Assembly (NCBI RefSeq): GCF_000012905.2
Contig: NC_007493.2
Location: 450,001-482,000 of the forward strand
DNA: 32,000 nucleotides
Origin: Cereibacter sphaeroides 2.4.1
GTDB lineage: Bacteria > Pseudomonadota > Alphaproteobacteria > Rhodobacterales > Rhodobacteraceae
Direction: 5' to 3'
The position numbers and the translations under genes are program-made. Within the stretch, counting starts at the first letter, position 1. Each line of letters begins with the position of its first letter. Below, piece after piece: positions 27,127 to 32,000 of this stretch. Under the pieces are notes generated by a model that made no database searches, had not been told where the DNA came from, and worked only from the letters and a program-made list of their open reading frames with translations.

Positions 27127-27416
27127 TAAAAACGCCCACTCCTTCCTTGGTGGGGGTGGCATCTCGTCGCGGAAACGAAGCCGGCCCGAGACCCCGCGGG
27201 CGCCGGCCCGGGCGGGACACTCGCCCGGGCGGCAGGCCTCGTCGGCAGGCCGTGCCGAGCGCCTGCGTGCCACCGGCGCGCACCCTCCTGCGTCGACCCT
27301 GCGGCCCGGATCACGAGAACGGCTCCTCGGCGAACAGGCGCGCTCCGTGCGGGCCTCTGGCGGGAGGCCCGGTTCGGCCCGGCAGGCGACCGGCCAAGCC
27401 GGAGCCGCCTGCGGCG

Positions 27417-28073
27417 TCAGTCGGGAAAATGCTGCGGGAAGGTGCGCAGCAGGGCCGCGTCGAGGTCCTGCATCGTGACGGGAAGCCCCAGATCCACGAG
27501 GCTCGTCACCCCGTGTTCCCGGATGCCGCAGGGCACGATCCCCTCGAAATGCGTCAGGTTCGGCTCGACATTGATCGAGAGCCCGTGAAAGCTCACCCAG
27601 CGGCGGAGCTTGACGCCGATGGCCGCGATCTTGTCCTCGCGCGGGCTGCCGTCGAGGCCCGCGGGCCGGTCGGGCCGCACGACCCAGACCCCGACGCGCC
27701 CCTCGCGCCGCTCGCCCCGCACGTTGAACTCGGCCAGAGTGGCGATCACCCAGTCCTCGAGCGCCGTCACGAAGCGGCGCACGTCCCGGCCGCGCCGGTC
27801 GAGATCGAGCATGACATAGGCCACCCGCTGCCCCGGCCCGTGGTAGGTATATTGTCCGCCGCGACCGGCCACATGGACGGGAAAGCGCTCGGGCTCGACC
27901 AGATCCTCGGGCCGGGCCGAGGTGCCGGCGGTGTAGAGCGGGGGGTGCTCGAGCAGCCAGATCGCCTCCGCGGCCTCTCCGGCCCGGATGGCGGCCACCC
28001 GGTTCTCCATCGCCTCGAGCGTCTCCCGATAGGGGCTCAGGCCGGGCAGGATCGACCATTCCACTGCGGACAT
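27417..28073 (-). CDS. lipB: Lipoyl(octanoyl) transferase
   Basis: [20 protein letters not shown]...[22 protein letters not shown]...[22 protein letters not shown]...PCGI are canonical LipB motifs. The start is at the internal ATG 28073. Confidence 0.95.
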   Translation of the reverse strand: MSAVEWSILPGLSPYRETLEAMENRVAAIRAGEAAEAIWLLEHPPLYTAGTSARPEDLVEPERFPVHVAGRGGQYTYHGPGQRVAYVMLDLDRRGRDVRRFVTALEDWVIATLAEFNVRGERREGRVGVWVVRPDRPAGLDGSPREDKIAAIGVKLRRWVSFHGLSINVEPNLTHFEGIVPCGIREHGVTSLVDLGLPVTMQDLDAALLRTFPQHFPD

Positions 28074-28169
28074 CGCCTTATGATCCCCTTCTCCACCGCA
28101 AAAAACATGCCGGCAGTTCACATGGCCGTGTTACGCTTCCCGAGTCCTTCGACTTCCGGGAGATGTCCG

Positions 28170-29729
28170 ATGTATGGGAAATATCTAGTCACCGCCAGCC
28201 TCGCTGCCCTCATCGGCCTGGCCCCGGCCGAGCCTGTGAAGGCGGATGCGGGCGACGCCATCGCGGGGGCGCTCGTGGGCGGCATCATCGGCCATGCGAT
28301 CGCCAACGACCAGAACCGCCGCCGCGCCCAGCAGCAGCAGGTCTATCGCCGGGCCCCGGCCAAGGCCACCATGTCCAGCGCCCAGCGGGAGCAGAACAAG
28401 GAGGTGCAGACGGCCCTCAACTACTTCGGCTATCCGGTGGGGACGGTGGACGGGGTGCTGGGGTCGCGCTCGCGCTCGGCGGTGTCGCAGTTCCAGGTGC
28501 TGATGGGCTACCAGCCGACCGGCCAGCTCACGGAATACGAGCGGACGATCCTGACCACCGCCTATCACCGCGGCATCGCCGGCGGTCCGATGGTGCAACA
28601 GGCGATCGCGACCCATCCGCAGGGGATGCGCGGGCTTCTCCTGATGCAGCGCGACGAGATGGCGGGGCTGCCCGCCGCGCAGTCGGCCATGGCGCTGATG
28701 CCGCAGGCGCCGGCTCCGCAGATGCCGATGGCCGTGACGGCCCCCGTTCTGCCGGTGGCCCCCGCGGCGGCCGCAGCCGGGGCTGCCGCAGCCGTTCTGC
28801 CGGAGCTGCCCGCTCCCGTGGCCGAGCCTGCGCCGGCGGCGCCCGAGCTTCCCTCGTTCCTGGGATCGGGGGCGACGATGGCCTCGCTCGCCTCGCACTG
28901 CAACACGATCGGGCTGCAGACCAACGCGAACGGGGGCTACACGACCTCGGCCGGCATGACCGATGCGAGCTTTGCCCTGGGCGAGCAGTTCTGCCTCGCG
29001 CGGAGCTACGCGATCTCGGCCAGCGAGGAGCTGACGAAGCAGGTGCAAGGCTTCACGCCGCAGCAGATCGCCGACCAGTGTCAGGCGCTCGGGCCTGCGC
29101 TGCAGGATCAGGTCTCGGCGCTGTCGCTCGAGCCGCGCGACGATGTGCTGAAGGATGTGTCGGCCTTCGTGCTGGCCTCGGGCCGGCCTCCGGCGCAGCT
29201 GGCGGGTTCGGCCCGGATCTGCCTCGGCACGGGCTATGCGCAGGACCGCATGGATGTGGCGGTGGCCTCGGCGCTCCTGCTGACTGCGCTCGGCCAGAAG
29301 GGCTATGCCGAGCTTCTGGGCCACCATCTGGCGCAGGGCTTCGGGGCGAGCCAGCGGCCCGATCTGGCGCTGGACTGGTATCAGATGGGGCTCGACGCGG
29401 CCCAGTCCGGCACGGCCGTGTTCGGGCAGGGGATGCCCGACCGGACCGAGGTGATTCGGAAAGCGGCCTACACGGTCGGCGGGCGGGCGGATCTGATCGT
29501 GCCCCAGACGCCCGCGCCGCTGCCGGTCTTCGCCCCGGTCACGCCCCCTCCGGTCGAGGTGGCGGCCCCTGCGCCTGCGCCCGTGGCAGCGCCGACGGTC
29601 GAGGCGGCGGCCTCCGCTCCGGCGCCCGCTCTGGCCCTTGCGGCACAGCCGTCCGGCGAGATGGCGGAGGCGGGCGCCAAGGCCGTCTCGGCCGCCGCGC
29701 GGCTGCCGTTCCTGCTTCTGGGCCAGTGA
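28170..29729 (+). CDS. Secreted peptidoglycan-binding domain protein with a glycine-zipper segment and Ala/Pro-rich linkers (519 aa)
   Basis: - The ATG at 28170 lies 6 nt after GGGAG.
- The signal peptide is MYGKYLVTASLAALIGLAPAEPVKA.
- GALVGGIIGHAI is a glycine zipper.
- VQTALNYFGYPVGTVDGVLGSRSRSAVSQFQ is PG_binding_1-like.
- Two A/P-rich linkers flank a domain containing four Cys. Confidence 0.8.
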   Translation: MYGKYLVTASLAALIGLAPAEPVKADAGDAIAGALVGGIIGHAIANDQNRRRAQQQQVYRRAPAKATMSSAQREQNKEVQTALNYFGYPVGTVDGVLGSRSRSAVSQFQVLMGYQPTGQLTEYERTILTTAYHRGIAGGPMVQQAIATHPQGMRGLLLMQRDEMAGLPAAQSAMALMPQAPAPQMPMAVTAPVLPVAPAAAAAGAAAAVLPELPAPVAEPAPAAPELPSFLGSGATMASLASHCNTIGLQTNANGGYTTSAGMTDASFALGEQFCLARSYAISASEELTKQVQGFTPQQIADQCQALGPALQDQVSALSLEPRDDVLKDVSAFVLASGRPPAQLAGSARICLGTGYAQDRMDVAVASALLLTALGQKGYAELLGHHLAQGFGASQRPDLALDWYQMGLDAAQSGTAVFGQGMPDRTEVIRKAAYTVGGRADLIVPQTPAPLPVFAPVTPPPVEVAAPAPAPVAAPTVEAAASAPAPALALAAQPSGEMAEAGAKAVSAAARLPFLLLGQ

Positions 29730-29743
29730 CTTGAGCGCGAGGG

Positions 29744-29797
29744 GCCGGCGGGCTCGCCGGCTCCTCGAAGGCATTTTTGACGCGGTGCAAAAATACC
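29744..29797 (+). repeat. Interspersed hairpin + (C)ATTTTTG-core repeat, copy C (more diverged)
   Basis: GCCGGCG-ggct-CGCCGGC (29744-29761) is followed by TCCTCGAAGGCATTTTTGACGCGGTGCAAAAATACC. The layout and core resemble copies A and B. Confidence 0.4.
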
Positions 29798-29850
29798 CCT
29801 TTTCTTCCCCCGCGAGCTTGGCTAAGAACCCGCCACCAAGCCAAGACAGT

Positions 29851-29937
29851 GCGGTCGTGGCGGAATTGGTAGACGCGCAGCGTTGAGGTCGCTGTGGGGT
29901 AACTCCCGTGGAAGTTCGAGTCTTCTCGACCGCACCA
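29851..29937 (+). tRNA. tRNA-Leu (anticodon GAG), CCA encoded
   Basis: - The acceptor stem pairs GCGGTCG with CGACCGC.
- The anticodon stem pairs CAGCG with CGCTG, with loop TTGAGGT.
- There is a long variable arm (GGGGTAACTCCCGT) and a T-loop GTTCGAGTC.
- The discriminator is A, followed by CCA. Confidence 0.95.
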
Positions 29938-29956
29938 TTCTTCTGACGAAGCGCCC

Positions 29957-29983
29957 AAGGGCGGCCTCTCCGGGCCGCCTTTT
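29957..29983 (+). terminator. Rho-independent terminator after tRNA-Leu
   Basis: AAGGGCGGCC-tctccg-GGCCGCCTTTT forms a 7-bp GC stem, extended by A-T pairs, followed by TTTT. Confidence 0.7.
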
Positions 29984-30226
29984 GGCGTTTTCGGGCCCCG
30001 GCTCAGGCCGCCGGTTCGCTTCCGTCACCGATCGGTCGCATTCGGGTGCCCTCTGTTCGCATCCCGTCGCTTGGGCACGCGGGCTCTCGTGCTAGCTGCT
30101 CAACCATGCGGCAGACGCCGTCCCTCCCGCAGACCGTGCACAACAAGATTGCAATGGTGGGGGCCTTCCGCTTTAAACAATGACAACAAGTGCAGGAAAC
30201 CTGCCGGTCAAGATGGGGAGAATGGG

Positions 30227-31330
30227 GTGGTGGCTTCTACCCAGGACGACGGTTTTGTCGTTTTCGAACATGTGCAAAAAAGCTATGATGGCGAGACGCT
30301 CGTCGTCAAAGATCTCAACCTGACGATCGGGCAGGGTGAGTTCCTGACCATGCTGGGGCCCTCCGGGTCGGGCAAGACCACCTGCCTGATGATGCTCGCG
30401 GGCTTCGAGACGGCGACGCACGGCGAGATCCGCCTCGACGGTCGCCCGATCAACACGGTGCCCCCGCACAAGCGCGGCATCGGCATGGTGTTCCAGAACT
30501 ACGCGCTTTTTCCTCACATGACGGTAGGCGAGAACCTCTCCTTCCCGCTCGAGGTGCGCGGCATGTCCAAGTCGGACCGCGAGCGCAAGATCAAGCGTGC
30601 GCTCGACATGGTCCAGATGGGCGCCTTCGCCAACCGCCGTCCGGCGCAGCTGTCCGGCGGGCAGCAGCAGCGGATCGCGCTGGCCCGGGCCCTCGTGTTC
30701 GACCCGCAGCTCGTGCTGATGGACGAGCCGCTCGGCGCGCTCGACAAGCAGCTGCGCGAGCATATGCAGTTCGAGATCAAGCATCTGCACGAAAGCCTCG
30801 GGATCACGGTGGTCTATGTCACCCACGATCAGGGCGAGGCGCTGACCATGTCGGACCGGATCGCCGTCTTCAACGACGGGCGCATCCAGCAGCTGGCCCC
30901 GCCGTCCGAGCTCTACGAGCGGCCGAAGAACAGCTTCGTGGCCAGCTTCATCGGCGAGAACAACCGCCTGCCCGGCACCGTCGAGGAGATCGCCGACGGG
31001 CGCGCGCTGGTGCGGCTCGAGACCGGCGAGCTGATCGACGCCACGCCGGTGAACGTCGCCCGCAAGGGCCAGCAGACGCTCGTCTCGATCCGTCCCGAGC
31101 GGGTCGAGTTCAAGCCGGAGATGCTGCCGCCCAACGCACATCTCATCGATGCCGAAGTGCTCGAGTTCATCTACATGGGCGATATCTTCCGCACGCGGCT
31201 GCGGGTCGCCGGATCCGAGGATTTCGTGATCAAGTGCCGCAACACCCTCGGCCAGCGCGTCATGCAGCCGGGCGAGAAGGTCAGGATCGGCTGGGCGCCT
31301 CAGGACGCCCGCGCGCTCGATCCGCTTTAA
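30227..31330 (+). CDS. ABC transporter ATP-binding protein, PotA/spermidine-putrescine type
   Basis: The GTG at 30227 lies 6 nt after GGGGAG. The motifs are Walker A GPSGSGKTT, Q-loop, signature LSGGQQQR, Walker B LVLMDEP and H-loop VTHD. There is a C-terminal TOBE-like regulatory domain. Confidence 0.9.
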   Translation: MVASTQDDGFVVFEHVQKSYDGETLVVKDLNLTIGQGEFLTMLGPSGSGKTTCLMMLAGFETATHGEIRLDGRPINTVPPHKRGIGMVFQNYALFPHMTVGENLSFPLEVRGMSKSDRERKIKRALDMVQMGAFANRRPAQLSGGQQQRIALARALVFDPQLVLMDEPLGALDKQLREHMQFEIKHLHESLGITVVYVTHDQGEALTMSDRIAVFNDGRIQQLAPPSELYERPKNSFVASFIGENNRLPGTVEEIADGRALVRLETGELIDATPVNVARKGQQTLVSIRPERVEFKPEMLPPNAHLIDAEVLEFIYMGDIFRTRLRVAGSEDFVIKCRNTLGQRVMQPGEKVRIGWAPQDARALDPL

Positions 31331-31399
31331 CTCCGTAGTAACGGACCTGCCGCCAAGCTGCGGCCAACAAACAAACGACACAACATGGGAGAGCACAAG

Positions 31400-32000
31400 A
31401 TGAAGAAGGCCCTCATTCTATCCACGGCCTTGTCGGCCGTGGCCTTCGCCGCCTCGGCGGAGCAGATCACCGTGATGTCCTGGGGCGGCGCCTACACGAC
31501 CAGTCAGGTCGAGGCGTTCCACAAGCCCTTCACCGCCGAGACCGGCATCGGTGTGGTCTCGGTCGATGCCGACAATCCGGCCACGCCGCTCAAGGCCATG
31601 GTCGAAGCGAAGAACGTCAGCGTCGACGTGGTCGATGTGAACACGTCCGACGCCGTGCGCCTCTGCGACGAGGGCCAGCTTGAGGAGATCGATCCGGCGA
31701 TGCTGCCGGCCGCGCCCGACGGCACGCCCGCGACCGAGGATTTCCTGCCCGGCGCTCTCAGCGACTGCGCCGTGGGCAACATCGTCTATTCGATGATCGT
31801 GGCCTACGACGAGTCGAAGTTCCCGAACGAAAAGCCCAAGACCATCGGCGATTTCTTCGACACCGAGAAGTTCCCGGGCAAGCGCGCCATGTGGAAAAGC
31901 GCCAAGACCACGCTCGAGATGGCGCTGATGGGCGACGGCGTGCCTGCGGCCGAAGTCTATGATGTGATGGGCACGCCCGAAGGCGTCGACCGCGCCTTCG
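31400..32000 (+). CDS. ABC transporter periplasmic substrate-binding protein (PotD/PotF-like), 5' part; continues past the window
   Basis: This gene is not in the ORF track because no stop falls in the window. The ATG at 31400 lies 6 nt after GGGAGAG. The signal peptide is MKKALILSTALSAVAFAASA, followed by EQITVMSWGGAYTTSQVEAFHKPF... My manual translation to base 32000 found no stop. Confidence 0.85.
   Translation, partial: MKKALILSTALSAVAFAASAEQITVMSWGGAYTTSQVEAFHKPFTAETGIGVVSVDADNPATPLKAMVEAKNVSVDVVDVNTSDAVRLCDEGQLEEIDPAMLPAAPDGTPATEDFLPGALSDCAVGNIVYSMIVAYDESKFPNEKPKTIGDFFDTEKFPGKRAMWKSAKTTLEMALMGDGVPAAEVYDVMGTPEGVDRAF

Noticed and set aside
27127-27160. A hairpin plus TTTTT (minus sense) considered as an intrinsic terminator upstream of the ctaD promoter.
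   Set aside because: The stem is only about 5 bp (CCCAC/GTGGG) with a 10-nt loop. The T-run more likely belongs to the AT-rich promoter-proximal tract. It is mentioned within a finding but not called as a feature.
25288-28059. A 923-aa minus-strand ORF overlapping ctaD and lipB in another frame. The related 25305..27116 plus-strand 603-aa ORF falls in the same category.
   Set aside because: ctaD and lipB are unambiguous in their own frames. These alternatives are R/G/P/A/H-rich artefacts of GC3 bias.
27147-28169. The upstream extension of the 27147..29729 ORF, which would give an 860-aa protein.
   Set aside because: The extension is antisense to lipB and Arg/Pro-rich. A good RBS, an ATG and a signal peptide at 28170 define the real start.
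28163-29774. Alternative-frame ORFs 28163..29734(+) and 28185..29774(-), more than 500 aa each.
   Set aside because: They shadow the PG-binding protein gene. The translations are Arg/Gly-rich, with no signal peptide or domain motifs.
30106-30183. A 25-codon upstream ORF (MRQTPSLPQTVHNKIAMVGAFRFKQ) ahead of the ABC ATPase gene, considered as a possible leader peptide.
   Set aside because: It has no Shine-Dalgarno sequence, no attenuator-like alternative hairpins, and no run of regulatory codons.
29938-30226. A possible genomic-island junction at tRNA-Leu, including a vaguely tRNA-3'-end-like stretch GTTCGCTTCCGTCACCG around 30012-30030.
   Set aside because: There is no integrase or mobile gene downstream. 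Similarity to the tRNA 3' end is weak and gapped. The downstream ABC transporter has the same composition as the rest of the window.

Overview
This is a very GC-rich alphaproteobacterial chromosomal core region. The 566-aa aa3 cytochrome c oxidase subunit I ([20 protein letters not shown]...) matches, from memory, CtaD of Cereibacter (Rhodobacter) sphaeroides, and the gene neighbourhood fits Rhodobacterales.

The window holds about 27 protein genes and one tRNA-Leu(GAG). Nearly all are housekeeping:
- trkH (3' end)
- glyQ, a small membrane ORF, then glyS
- a PPDK-family enzyme
- a SleB-type cell-wall hydrolase
- folB-folP-glmM
- ilvC, divergent from two overlapping Lrp/AsnC genes
- a class-V aminotransferase
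- a UbiH-family hydroxylase
- a HAD nucleotidase
- a GntR regulator
- a membrane GT2 synthase
- an L,D-transpeptidase
- carA and a yqeY-like gene
- ctaD plus a DUF2244-like ORF
- lipB
- a peptidoglycan-binding protein
- the start of a PotA/PotD-type ABC importer

I see no transposases, integrases, prophage genes, CRISPR arrays, toxin-antitoxin pairs or recognisable defence systems. I do not think the window contains a large novel multi-gene system.

Observations worth a second look:
1. A processive GT2 polysaccharide synthase carries an N-terminal MshEN/T2SSE_N-like module, a possible c-di-GMP receptor.
2. A secreted SPOR plus PG-binding protein has a trypsin-fold domain that reads GDAGGP, so the nucleophile is lost.
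3. A PPDK paralogue has divergent nucleotide-binding motifs.
4. A roughly 55-nt interspersed hairpin-plus-ATATTTG repeat occurs at least three to four times in intergenic DNA.
5. A perfect TTGAT-N4-ATCAA (FNR-type) box lies upstream of ctaD.
6. There are several palindromic candidate operators and small membrane ORFs.

The many long Arg/Gly/Pro/Ala-rich ORFs in the six-frame track, antisense to or out of frame with recognisable genes, are GC-composition artefacts.
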